This document shows, one piece after another, positions 29,563 through 38,585 of a stretch of 64,000 nt of DNA. The DNA comes from Spartobacteria bacterium (lineage in GTDB: Bacteria; Verrucomicrobiota; Verrucomicrobiia; Chthoniobacterales; UBA6821). Positions within the stretch are counted from its first letter, which is position 1, and every line of letters starts with the position of its first letter. The stretch lies in contig CANIVT010000005.1 of NCBI GenBank assembly GCA_947471565.1, positions 9,014 to 73,013 of the forward strand, written 5' to 3'. The notes below the pieces were generated by a model. It was not told where the DNA came from. It saw nothing but the letters and a program-made list of their open reading frames with translations, and made no database searches. The position numbers and the translations under genes are program-made.

Positions 29563-30714
29563 ATGGCCACCCGCAAAGCCCCCGCCGCCGAGAAGATCCC
29601 GCGTCTTCATTTCGTGACGGGGAGCGATGAGGCCGAGGTCCGCATGGCGGCCAAGGATCTGGCTGCAAAGCTCGCCCCTCCCGATGCAGGGGAGTTCGGC
29701 ATGGAGACCATCGAGCTCCCGGCCGATACGGTCGACTGCGCGGTTGAGATGATCAATCAGACGATCGGGGCGATCCGTACTCTCCCCTTCTTCGGCGGCA
29801 AGCTTGTCTGGATGAAAGGGGTCACCTTCCTGAAGGACTCGGTGCAAGGCCGTTCCGAAACCGTCCAGGAGGCTCTGGAAAAGTTCCTTGGGGCCCTCCG
29901 CGAGGGTCTGCCCGATGGCATCACCCTCCTCATCAGCGCCCCGGAACCCGATAAACGACGCGGCTTCTATAAATCGCTGTGCGAGGCGGCTGACACCGTG
30001 ATCAAGGACAAGATCGAGATCGGCGGCTTCGGCGGCCACTCCGAGGATGACCTGATTGATTGGGTGGCAGACCGCTGCCGTGAGCGCGGCGTGAAGATCG
30101 ATCGTCGCGCCGCCGAGGTGCTGGCGGGTCGCATCGGAGCCAACAGCGGGCAACTCCAAGGCGAGATTCAGAAGCTCGCCACCGCCGCCGGTGAGGGTGC
30201 CACGGTCACTGAGCAGCTTGTACGTGATCTCGTCCCGGTCACCCGTGCCGGAGGGATCTTTGACCTGAGTGACGCGATCAACCGACGCAACCTCCCCCTC
30301 TGTCTCGACACCCTATCGCAACTCCTCCGCCAGGGAGAGAATGCCGTCGGGATCCTGCTGGCCGCCATCGTGCCGACAGTCAGGAATCTCCTTGTGGCCA
30401 AGGACCTCATGGAGCGTTACAAACTCAAGCCCCCGGCCCAGCCGCAGTTCTTCGCCTCCGAGCTACGCAAGCTCCGCGCCGAGGACACGGCCCACCTCCC
30501 CCGCAAGAAGGACGGTACGATCAACACCTACGGGATCGGACTCGCCGCCTCCAACGCGGCCCGGTTCGGCCTGGAGCATCTCGAAAAAGCCTTTCTGGCG
30601 TGCCGCGATGCCAATCGCAAGCTCTTGAGCGGACATGGCTCCGAGCAGACGATTCTGACGGAACTGATCGTCCGGATCGTGGCCAAACCGGAAGGGGCAA
30701 AACAAGCACTCTGA
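29563..30714 (+). CDS. holA: DNA polymerase III subunit delta
   Basis: The size (383 aa) and layout are HolA-like. There are no sharp motifs, so the call rests on overall resemblance. Confidence 0.75.
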   Translation: MATRKAPAAEKIPRLHFVTGSDEAEVRMAAKDLAAKLAPPDAGEFGMETIELPADTVDCAVEMINQTIGAIRTLPFFGGKLVWMKGVTFLKDSVQGRSETVQEALEKFLGALREGLPDGITLLISAPEPDKRRGFYKSLCEAADTVIKDKIEIGGFGGHSEDDLIDWVADRCRERGVKIDRRAAEVLAGRIGANSGQLQGEIQKLATAAGEGATVTEQLVRDLVPVTRAGGIFDLSDAINRRNLPLCLDTLSQLLRQGENAVGILLAAIVPTVRNLLVAKDLMERYKLKPPAQPQFFASELRKLRAEDTAHLPRKKDGTINTYGIGLAASNAARFGLEHLEKAFLACRDANRKLLSGHGSEQTILTELIVRIVAKPEGAKQAL

Positions 30715-30809
30715 GCGTTCGGATGACTCGCGCAGAGGCTCGGAGATCGCGGATGAAAAAAGACTCAAGAATCCCAAGGAGATAGGTTTTGCTGTTTTTG
30801 GGAATTTTT

Positions 30810-30833
30810 CCTGAATTCCTGAATTCCTGATTC
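30810..30833 (+). repeat. 8-bp tandem repeat cctgaatt x2 plus a degenerate copy cctgattc
   Basis: Read directly. Confidence 0.85.
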
Positions 30834-30841
30834 ATCCCCCC

Positions 30842-30911
30842 CTCTGCGCCTCTGCGCCTCCGCGCGAGAATGCCTCCCTCAGCTCCTCCTCTGCGTCTTG
30901 GCGCGAGAATT
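30842..30911 (+). repeat. cargo-less copies of the GxxExxY-cassette terminal repeat
   Basis: 30842-30872 (ctctgcgcctctgcgcctccgcgcgagaatg) matches the reverse complement of 46488-46518 at 29/31 positions. A degenerate second copy at 30884-30911 ends in the same gcgcgagaat. Confidence 0.75.
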
Positions 30912-30961
30912 CTTCCGGGTTGTTCATGGACAGGCGGGAAAATCGGGAGGAAACTGAATCC

Positions 30962-31171
30962 ATGAGTGCACACACCTACAAACTGATCGAACTCGTCGGA
31001 TCCTCTCCCCTGAGCATTGAGGATGCCGTACAGAATGCGTTGGCCGAGGCGGCCCTTTCCGAAAAGAACCTCCGTTGGCTTGAAATCGTCGAGACGCGCG
31101 CCCATCTTGAGGAGGGCAAGATCGCTCACTGGCAGGTGACCGTGAAGATTGGCGCCACAATCGGAAACTGA
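30962..31171 (+). CDS. dodecin-family flavin-binding protein
   Basis: 69 aa. TYKLIELVGSSPLSIEDAVQNAL...WLEIVETRAHLEEGKIAHWQVTVKIG follows the dodecin pattern. The ATG at 30962 is preferred. Confidence 0.8.
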   Translation: MSAHTYKLIELVGSSPLSIEDAVQNALAEAALSEKNLRWLEIVETRAHLEEGKIAHWQVTVKIGATIGN

Positions 31172-31324
31172 TCTCATCGTCGCCGTGCAAGCCAGACTAT
31201 CCTTGGATCCGGAGGCTCTGGGAACTCTACGACACGGCCCGCTATCTGTATGCAGGCCAGGCAGGATGTCTCCGTTCCGAGAACGCGGAGATGAGGGCCT
31301 CCCGTTGGGCATCTGACCACGCGC

Positions 31325-33001
31325 ATGTCGAAAAATCTCCCTTTTCCGAGAGTGTGCGCCCTGGCGGCGGCTCTCCTGATTATAGGCATCCACGCGGCTC
31401 CCGCCACGGAGACGGCACCCAGCCTGACCACGCTGGACCGGAAGGTTCCCGACTGGCTCACGAAGGCGGTCTTTTACCAGATCTACCCGCAGAGCTTTTA
31501 CGACAGTAACGGTGACGGCATCGGCGACCTCCCCGGCATCACCTCCAAGCTGGATTACATCAAGTCCCTCGGAGTCACCGCCGTCTGGCTCAACCCCATC
31601 TACGACTCCCCCTTCGGCGACGCCGGTTACGATGTGAGAGACTACCTCAAGATCGCGCCGCGCTACGGTACCAACGAGGATGCGAAGAAGCTGTTTCAGG
31701 AGGCGCACCGCCGCGGCATCCGCGTGGTGCTGGACCTCGTCGCGGGGCACACCTCGCGGGAGCATGCTTGGTTCAAGGATTCTAGCGCCTCCGCCTCCGG
31801 AAAACATGCCGACTGGTACATCTGGTCGGACGACCCCAAGTGGGTGAAGAGTCCCGGTGCCAGGGCCGGCTTCTACTACAAAAATTACTTCGATTTCCAA
31901 CCCGCGCTGAACTATGGGTTTGCCCATCCCGATCCCCTCAAGCCTTGGGAGAAACCGTCCGATTCCCGGGAATGCACGGAGGTCCGAGAGGAGATGCGTG
32001 CCATCATGCGCTACTGGCTTGATCTTGGGTGCGACGGCTTCCGGGTGGACATGGCCAGCTCACTTATCAAGGGTGACAACAAAGACGACGAGCTCAGGGC
32101 CCTGTGGCAGAATTACCGTTCCTGGCTCAACGAGCATTACCCTCAGGCCGTCCTGATCTCGGAATGGAGCGAGCCCTCGCAGGCGATCCCGGACGGATTC
32201 GACGTCGATTTTCTGATCCATTTCCACAACCCGGCCTACCGCTACCTCCTGCAACCGATGCTACAGAGCAACGCCCCCAACACCTCTTTCTTCAGCACCA
32301 ACGGTGCGGGCAACATCAAGGCGTTCACCGATCAATTCGTGCCCCAGTACGAACGCACCAAGAACCTCGGCTTCATCTCCCTTCCTACGGGAAATCACGA
32401 CTTCAGCCGCCCCCGCTTCATGGGCCGTGAGATTCCCGACCTGAAAGTGGTCTACTCAATGCTGCTGACCATGCCGGGCGTCCCCTTTATCTACTACGGC
32501 GACGAGATCGGAATGCGAAACCTCAAGGGCTGGCCCGACAAGGAAGGCGCCGTGTGGCGCGGATCCTGCCGCTCGCCGATGCAGTGGTCTCCCGATCCGA
32601 AGGCCGGCTTCTCCACAGCCGATACCAACAGCTTCTACCTGCCGCTGGACCCCGATCCCCGGCGACCGAACGTCGCGACCGAGGAGACCGACCCCGACTC
32701 GCTGCTCAATTTCGTGCGCACCCTGATCAACCTGCGCTCCAAGGAACTTTCGCTCGGGAATCTCGGCGGCTTCTCCGTGCTCTACGCGGAGGCCAACAAA
32801 TACCCGTTCGTCTATCTCCGCTCCGGGGGCCCCGATGACTTCGTGGTCGCCCTGAATCCGGGCAATCAGGCGGTGTCATGGAGCGACCCGAGGATGGTCG
32901 ATGCCCGCACAGAAATATCCCGCAACGCCACGCTCAAGGGGCAGAAGATCAGCCTCGGGCCGGCCTCCTTCGGGATCTACCGCCTCCTCAAGACGCCATG
33001 A
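31325..33001 (+). CDS. secreted GH13 alpha-amylase-family glycoside hydrolase (alpha-glucosidase / oligo-1,6-glucosidase-like)
   Basis: Signal peptide, then AVFYQIYPQSFYDSNGDGIGDLPGI..LDYIKSLGVTAVWLNPIY, followed by GFRVDMA. Confidence 0.9.
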   Translation: MSKNLPFPRVCALAAALLIIGIHAAPATETAPSLTTLDRKVPDWLTKAVFYQIYPQSFYDSNGDGIGDLPGITSKLDYIKSLGVTAVWLNPIYDSPFGDAGYDVRDYLKIAPRYGTNEDAKKLFQEAHRRGIRVVLDLVAGHTSREHAWFKDSSASASGKHADWYIWSDDPKWVKSPGARAGFYYKNYFDFQPALNYGFAHPDPLKPWEKPSDSRECTEVREEMRAIMRYWLDLGCDGFRVDMASSLIKGDNKDDELRALWQNYRSWLNEHYPQAVLISEWSEPSQAIPDGFDVDFLIHFHNPAYRYLLQPMLQSNAPNTSFFSTNGAGNIKAFTDQFVPQYERTKNLGFISLPTGNHDFSRPRFMGREIPDLKVVYSMLLTMPGVPFIYYGDEIGMRNLKGWPDKEGAVWRGSCRSPMQWSPDPKAGFSTADTNSFYLPLDPDPRRPNVATEETDPDSLLNFVRTLINLRSKELSLGNLGGFSVLYAEANKYPFVYLRSGGPDDFVVALNPGNQAVSWSDPRMVDARTEISRNATLKGQKISLGPASFGIYRLLKTP

Positions 33002-33528
33002 AATCCTATCTCTGGACCCGAACCCTTCGGGAGATCTACGACAAGGCCGTGGCCCTCTATCAGCAGGGCAACCGGGATCTCGAAAGCTATTTCACCCCGG
33101 AGGAAACCGCCTTCCTCTCCTCAATCGGCCTCCGACCGATCAATCTCTTCGACTGGGCGGAGGACATGAATGCCTCCGGAGAGCCCGACTGGAACACGGT
33201 CCTTCTCATTGCTGCCGCACGCAGGGACTATTTCCTCGTCCATCAGAAAGGAGTCACTGCAACCAGCGTGACCGAGGCAACAGAGTTGCCTCCCAAGACC
33301 GAGGCACTCGACGGTATCCCGTGGCTTCCACGCATCATCAAGAAGGCCCGTTGCTTCCTCGAGGGGGGCCTCTGCCACGAAATCATGTACGGGTGTGCCG
33401 GCGACCGACGCTTTCTGAAGGAGCATGACATCCATCCGGCTGATTTCCTCAGGGCGATCTGGGCCTCCGGAGGGGACAATGCCAAGGTACTGGCTTACGT
33501 GCGTCGAAGGACGGGGGATTCGTTATAA
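32998..33528 (+). CDS. DUF5069-like protein (paralog A, with an N-terminal extension)
   Basis: The core GIPWLPRIIKKARCFLEGGL..YGCAGDRRFL..ADFLRAI parallels the ORF at 33688-34113. Its ATG overlaps the GH13 stop as ATGA. Confidence 0.6.
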   Translation: MKSYLWTRTLREIYDKAVALYQQGNRDLESYFTPEETAFLSSIGLRPINLFDWAEDMNASGEPDWNTVLLIAAARRDYFLVHQKGVTATSVTEATELPPKTEALDGIPWLPRIIKKARCFLEGGLCHEIMYGCAGDRRFLKEHDIHPADFLRAIWASGGDNAKVLAYVRRRTGDSL

Positions 33529-33647
33529 AAGTGAAAGGGTTAGAAGGGTTACAACGGAACTGAAGGATAGCATCCACAGGTCCTCATATCGGAGAGGAGG
33601 AATTCCCCATCCCGTTTCACCTTGTAACGATTCTAACCTTTTTAACC
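33527..33647. repeat. imperfect inverted repeat built from 9-bp units (gttagaagg / ccttttaac type) between convergent genes
   Basis: Left arm gggttagaagggttacaacgg versus the reverse complement of the right arm aggttagaatcgttacaaggtg (17/21 match). The spacer is about 55 nt. Confidence 0.7.
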
Positions 33648-33687
33648 TGCGGGTCAGATCGCTTGGGTCCTTTTCCCCGCCTACATC

Positions 33688-34113
33688 CTACCTGATAGCT
33701 CTCCCTTCATCGGCGTCGATGTAGTCGAACATCGTCTGGATCTCCGGACGATTCGCGAAGCCACTCTCCTTCTTGCGGCGCTCCAGGATCTCAACAAGGT
33801 CATCCTTCCAACCTCGACGGGTCATGAAGCCGTTCCAGACCTCGGTCTGCTCCTCGGTCGGGGCCTGACCGTGCTTTGCCACCCAACCCCAGGCCTCCTC
33901 ATCTGAGAGATTCGCGCCGACGGCGGTCGCAAGGGCGGCATAGTCCACTCCAAGCAGGGAGCAGCATCGGAGATCAAATCCTTTGCCAAGATTCGGGACG
34001 TAATCGGCCCCGAGCTTACCAGCGACATGCAGGCGGATCTTGTCGATCATCCGGGGAAAATAAACAAGCCCATGGCATGTTTCGTAAGGGCTGACAGGAA
34101 GATTTGTGCTCAT
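33688..34113 (-). CDS. DUF5069-family protein (paralog B)
   Basis: 141 aa. The core is GLVYFPRMIDKIRLHVAGKLG..LGKGFDLRCCSLLGVDYAALATAV. Its ATG overlaps the lspA stop as ATGA. Confidence 0.65.
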   Translation of the reverse strand: MSTNLPVSPYETCHGLVYFPRMIDKIRLHVAGKLGADYVPNLGKGFDLRCCSLLGVDYAALATAVGANLSDEEAWGWVAKHGQAPTEEQTEVWNGFMTRRGWKDDLVEILERRKKESGFANRPEIQTMFDYIDADEGRAIR

Positions 34114-34592
34114 GATTTTGCAGGCTTATCAGGAGTCATGAATCCGCTCAAGAGGAAGAGTCCGGCGGCGACGCAGATGCAGGAATCTGCCACATTAAAG
34201 GCGGGCCAGTGGTAGGAACCGAACTGGAAATCGAGAAAATCGACCACATGCCCCCGGATCAGCCGGTCTGTCACATTCCCGAGGATGCCCGAGAGGATCA
34301 AGACCCATCCCCACTGCATCAGGAGTCCGGCGAAATGCTTTCTTAGAAACACCAAGGCAACAAACACAACGAGAGAGAGGGTCGTAAAGAAGCGGTTGCT
34401 GTCATGCATCATGCTGAAGGCCGCCCCGGTATTATAAACATGGGTCAGGCCAAAGAAGCCGGGGATCACCGGAACCCCCTCCTGAAAGCCAATACGATGG
34501 ACAACAACCCACTTACTGGCCTGATCAGCAACGAAGAGTAGGGCGATCACACCCCACGCCAAAGGCGCGGGAAGCATCCGTGCAGTGCTCAT
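34110..34592 (-). CDS. lspA: lipoprotein signal peptidase II
   Basis: DQASKW, NTGAAFS and FNVADS motifs. The ATG at 34592 overlaps the ileS stop as ATGA. Confidence 0.88.
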   Translation of the reverse strand: MSTARMLPAPLAWGVIALLFVADQASKWVVVHRIGFQEGVPVIPGFFGLTHVYNTGAAFSMMHDSNRFFTTLSLVVFVALVFLRKHFAGLLMQWGWVLILSGILGNVTDRLIRGHVVDFLDFQFGSYHWPAFNVADSCICVAAGLFLLSGFMTPDKPAKS

Positions 34593-37315
34593 GCGGCGGA
34601 AACTGCTTCCGTACAGCGACCGCAAAGGGTTGGGTGCTCCGCATGGGAGCCCACCTCGTCACGGTGACGCCAGCAGCGCTCGCATTTACCCGACTCCGTC
34701 TTGCCGATGACGATGCTCTTGGCACCTTTGCTGATCGAAAGATTGCTCAGGATCAGGAATTCCTCGATCTCTGCAATGCCACCGCCTGCGGCGAGTTCAA
34801 GAACCAAGGGATCCTCGGTCGTGACATTTACGGAGGCCTCGAGGGGCTTCCCGATCACGCCGTCGCGCTGGGCCTTCTCGAGTGCCTGGGAAACCTCGGC
34901 ACGAAGCGAGAGCAGGGCCTCGAAACGGGCCAAGATCGCCTGATCGGGCTCCGCTGCCTCCGGGAACAACTCAAGATGCACGGAGGTGCTGGGACGGTAA
35001 TGTCCCCAAGCCTCCTCGGCAGTGAAGGCAAGGATCGGGGCCAACAACCGGACAAGATCCGCGAAAACACGGGCCATTACGGACTGCGTGGCTCGACGGC
35101 GGGGCGAATCCGAGCGATCGCAGTAAAGTCGGTCCTTGGTCACGTCGACGTAAATGCTGCTGAGTTCCACGGCACAGAACTGGGTGACCGACTGGTAGAC
35201 CTTCTGGAAGGCGAGCTCGGCGTAGGCCGAGCGGCACTCGTTCACCGTCTCCTGCAGGCGCGCGAGAATCCAGCGGTCGACGGCGGTTGGTGCGGCCACA
35301 GCAGCCGAGGCGTTATAATCGGCCAGATTGGCCAAGAGGATGCGCAGGGTGTTGCGGATCCTGCGGTAGGAGTCGGTAAGCCGCGCAAAGATTTCCTCGG
35401 AGAAAGGAACGTCGTCGGTGAACTGCACGCTGGAGGCCCAGAGGCGGACGATATCGGCCCCGTAGGTCTTCACGAAGTGATCGGCCTCGGTTGGCTTCTG
35501 ATAGCCTCCCTGCCCTTGGTTTGACTTGGAGATTTTCTGACGGGTGTCGACATCGACCACAAAGCCGTGGGTGAGGACCGTCCGGTAGGGGGCCTTACCA
35601 TTAAGGGCCACCGAGGTCATGAGGGAAGACTGGAACCAACCGCGATGCTGGTCGGTCGCCTCGAGATAGAGATCAGCGGGAAACTGAAGTTCGGGACGAC
35701 CGCGCAACACGGCCTCGTGGCTCACGCCGCTGTCGATCCAGACGTCGAGCGTGTCGTTCCTGCGGGTCGAACCGGCAGGAGCCCCGGTCAGGCGACACCA
35801 CTCGGTGTCGTCGAGGGCAAACCAGGCATTGCTCCCCTGGGCGGCGACCACCTCGGCCACCTTCGCGATGACGGCAGGATCAAGGATCGGCTGGCCCTGC
35901 GGGTCGTAGAAAACAGGAAGCGGCACCCCCCAGGTGCGCTGACGGGAGATACACCAGTCGGGACGCGACTCGACCGTTCCACGGATACGGTTGCGGCCCC
36001 AGTGCGGGATCCAGTTCGTGGCATCGATCTCCGAGAGGGCGGTCTCGCGCAGGGCGTCGATGCGGATGAAAAACTGCTCGACGGCACGGAAGAGAATCGG
36101 CGTCTTGGAGCGCCAACAGTGGGGATAGCTGTGCTGGTAATCCTGCCGGCCCAGCAGGGCACCCTTCCCTGCAAGGATTGCAATGACATCCTCGTTGCCC
36201 TCGAAGACATTCTTCCCGACCAGAGCGGGAACGCCACACTCATCGTTAAACTTCCCGTAATCATCCACGGGCGAAAGGAGTTCGAGCCCGACCTTGCGAC
36301 CGAGTTGATAGTCGTCGTCACCATGCCCTGGGGCGATGTGGACGCAACCGCTGCCGGTCTCAAGCGTCACGAACTCGGCTGTATGAACGGTCGCCGTCCG
36401 GTCGAGGAATGGATGGCGGGCCTTCAGGCCCTCCAGCGTGACACCCTTGCGGGGCTCGCCGTGCTGGGAAAGTTCCAGTCCGGTCTCCTGACGGAAAGCC
36501 TCGGCACGACCGGCTGCGACTATCAGGCGCTCGCTGGAATTCTCCAGGAGGACGTAGTCGAGATCGGCATGAACGGCGATCGCGAGGTTAGCCGGGAGGG
36601 TCCACGGAGTCGTCGTCCAGATGACGATCGAGAGAGGCTTGTCATCGGGAAGCCCAACGGAGGCGGCCTCGTGATGATCGACGGCGAACTTCACGAAGAT
36701 CGCCGGGGAGGTCTTCTCCTGATACTCGACCTCGGCCTCGGCCAGTGCGGTCTGCGCTCCGGTGCTCCAGAGGACCGGCTTCTTGCTGCGGTAGACGAGT
36801 CCCTTCTCCGCCATCCTTCCAAAGGAGCGGATGATCGCCGCCTCGTAGCCGGGATCGAGGGTCAGGTAGGGATGCTCCCAGTCACCGAAGACGCCGAGCC
36901 GGCGGAACTGAGTGCGCTGGATATCGATGAACTTGCGGGCGTATTCCTCCGACTTCTGGCGCACCTGCAGGGGGGTGAGTCCCGCGGAGGACTTCACCAC
37001 ACGAAACTCGATCGGCAGACCGTGGCAGTCCCACCCCGGAATGAACGGGGACTGGAATCCGGCCATCGTCTTCGATTTGACGACGAGGTCCTTGAGCACC
37101 TTATTGAGGGCGGTCCCCATATGGACATCGCCGTTGGCAAAGGGAGGTCCGTCATGCAGGACGAACTTCGGCGCACCCTCACGGGCCTTCTGGATCGCCT
37201 CATAAAGCCCCTCCTTCTCCCACTTGGCCAGCAGTTCAGGCTCACGCTGGGCCAGACCGGCCTTCATCGGAAAGTCGGTCTTGGGAAGCAGGACGGTATC
37301 CTTGTAGCGGGACAT
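34589..37315 (-). CDS. ileS: isoleucine--tRNA ligase
   Basis: 908 aa with the HIGH-type motif (PFANGDVHMGT), a KMSKS-type motif (KISKS), and a C-terminal zinc-finger (CERCW...CGRC). Confidence 0.96.
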   Translation of the reverse strand: MSRYKDTVLLPKTDFPMKAGLAQREPELLAKWEKEGLYEAIQKAREGAPKFVLHDGPPFANGDVHMGTALNKVLKDLVVKSKTMAGFQSPFIPGWDCHGLPIEFRVVKSSAGLTPLQVRQKSEEYARKFIDIQRTQFRRLGVFGDWEHPYLTLDPGYEAAIIRSFGRMAEKGLVYRSKKPVLWSTGAQTALAEAEVEYQEKTSPAIFVKFAVDHHEAASVGLPDDKPLSIVIWTTTPWTLPANLAIAVHADLDYVLLENSSERLIVAAGRAEAFRQETGLELSQHGEPRKGVTLEGLKARHPFLDRTATVHTAEFVTLETGSGCVHIAPGHGDDDYQLGRKVGLELLSPVDDYGKFNDECGVPALVGKNVFEGNEDVIAILAGKGALLGRQDYQHSYPHCWRSKTPILFRAVEQFFIRIDALRETALSEIDATNWIPHWGRNRIRGTVESRPDWCISRQRTWGVPLPVFYDPQGQPILDPAVIAKVAEVVAAQGSNAWFALDDTEWCRLTGAPAGSTRRNDTLDVWIDSGVSHEAVLRGRPELQFPADLYLEATDQHRGWFQSSLMTSVALNGKAPYRTVLTHGFVVDVDTRQKISKSNQGQGGYQKPTEADHFVKTYGADIVRLWASSVQFTDDVPFSEEIFARLTDSYRRIRNTLRILLANLADYNASAAVAAPTAVDRWILARLQETVNECRSAYAELAFQKVYQSVTQFCAVELSSIYVDVTKDRLYCDRSDSPRRRATQSVMARVFADLVRLLAPILAFTAEEAWGHYRPSTSVHLELFPEAAEPDQAILARFEALLSLRAEVSQALEKAQRDGVIGKPLEASVNVTTEDPLVLELAAGGGIAEIEEFLILSNLSISKGAKSIVIGKTESGKCERCWRHRDEVGSHAEHPTLCGRCTEAVSAA

Positions 37316-37331
37316 AGGGGAAAGGTGGATA

Positions 37332-37409
37332 GACTGAAGGCTGTTAGGCTATTGGGAGCTGAAGGACTGAAGCCGGACGGGGATTTCCCCGGCCTAACAG
37401 TCTTCAGCC
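37332..37409. repeat. inverted repeat containing cttcag heptamers between the aminotransferase gene and ileS
   Basis: gactgaaggctgttaggc (37332-37349) matches the reverse complement of gcctaacagtcttcagcc (37392-37409) at 16/18 positions. Confidence 0.7.
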
Positions 37410-37424
37410 TTCAGCCTAAAAACC

Positions 37425-38498
37425 TTATTCAGCGGTGTCGTCGAGCCAGGTGAGCAACTGCGAGATCGTCTCAACGGTCTCGTCGCCCATGTTCGAGATA
37501 CGGAAGGTCTGACCTTTGATCTTACCGTAGCCGCCGTCGATGATGCAGGAGTACTTCGCCTTGAGGCGCCCAATCCAAGCGGCGACGTCAACGTCCTTGT
37601 TGTTCTTCACGCAGGTGAGTCCGACGGAGCGGTAGCCCTCGGGCGCGAAGAACTCCCAACCGCGGGCGTTGACCCAATCGGCGACGAGCTTGTTGGAGGC
37701 CGCATGGCGTGCGTAGCGGTTCTCGAGCCCCTCGGCGGCGATGTCCTCGAGCTTCGACTGGAGGGCGTAGATGTGCGAAATGACCGGGGTGCTGGGGGTC
37801 ATGTCCCCCTCGTGGTTCTTCTGGAACTCGAGGAAATCGAAATAGTAGCCGCGGCCGGTTACCTGCTCGGCGCGCTTCATCGCCTTCTCGGAGACGGAGA
37901 AGAGTGCCATTCCGGGAGGCAGGGCGAGCGCCTTCTGGCTACCGGTGAGCATGACGTCGATACCTAGCTCGTCCATGGGGACGGGCAGGACCGAGAACGA
38001 GGAGACTGTGTCGACGATCAGGAGCACCTCAGGAAACTCTTTCAGGACGTCGGTGAGCTCCTTGATTGGGTTCATGCACCCGGTCGAGGTCTCGTTGTGG
38101 ATGAGGGTGACGACGTCGATATCTCCCTTGGAGAGGCGCTCGCGGAGGAGCTCCGGGGTGATCGGCTTGCCCCACTCGACCTGAAGCTTGTCAGCCTCGT
38201 AGCCGCAGCGCTTGGCCACATCGTTCCACTTGTCGGAGAAGGCGCCGGTCATGCAGTTGAGGACCTTCCCCTTCACGAGGTTGCGGAGCGATCCCTCCAT
38301 GATGCCCCAGGCAGAGCTGGTGGAGATATAGACAGGGCGGGTCGTCTTGAAGAGTTGCTGTAGGCCGGGTTGGACAGCAGCGTAAAGCTTTTTGAAGTCG
38401 TTGCCGCGATGGCCGATCATTGGCTTGCGGAAGGCCTGGAAGGTTTTCTCCGAGACCTCAACGGGTCCGGGGCTGAAGAGTTTGACGTGTTGGCTCAT
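37425..38498 (-). CDS. class V pyridoxal-phosphate aminotransferase (serine-pyruvate / alanine-glyoxylate or SerC-like)
   Basis: 357 aa with N-terminal LFSPGPVEVS and TGSQKAL (a PLP-lysine motif), consistent with a class V fold. Confidence 0.83.
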   Translation of the reverse strand: MSQHVKLFSPGPVEVSEKTFQAFRKPMIGHRGNDFKKLYAAVQPGLQQLFKTTRPVYISTSSAWGIMEGSLRNLVKGKVLNCMTGAFSDKWNDVAKRCGYEADKLQVEWGKPITPELLRERLSKGDIDVVTLIHNETSTGCMNPIKELTDVLKEFPEVLLIVDTVSSFSVLPVPMDELGIDVMLTGSQKALALPPGMALFSVSEKAMKRAEQVTGRGYYFDFLEFQKNHEGDMTPSTPVISHIYALQSKLEDIAAEGLENRYARHAASNKLVADWVNARGWEFFAPEGYRSVGLTCVKNNKDVDVAAWIGRLKAKYSCIIDGGYGKIKGQTFRISNMGDETVETISQLLTWLDDTAE

Positions 38499-38585
38499 AA
38501 AAAAGTGGATTTTGGCAGAGCGACCGCAGGAATCACGCCCTAAATCATGAACTCCCCATCAGAATCGACGGGGCCCGTTAAAAAA

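Noticed and set aside
30521-31927. 468-aa minus-strand ORF spanning the holA 3' end, the repeat-rich spacer, dodecin and the GH13 5' end
   Set aside because: It crosses three independently supported + strand features and two intergenic repeats. The translation is low-complexity (Arg/Gly/Pro-rich).
35567-37453. 628-aa ORF antisense to ileS
   Set aside because: ileS is unambiguous. The antisense frame shows no family signature and has GC-skewed composition.
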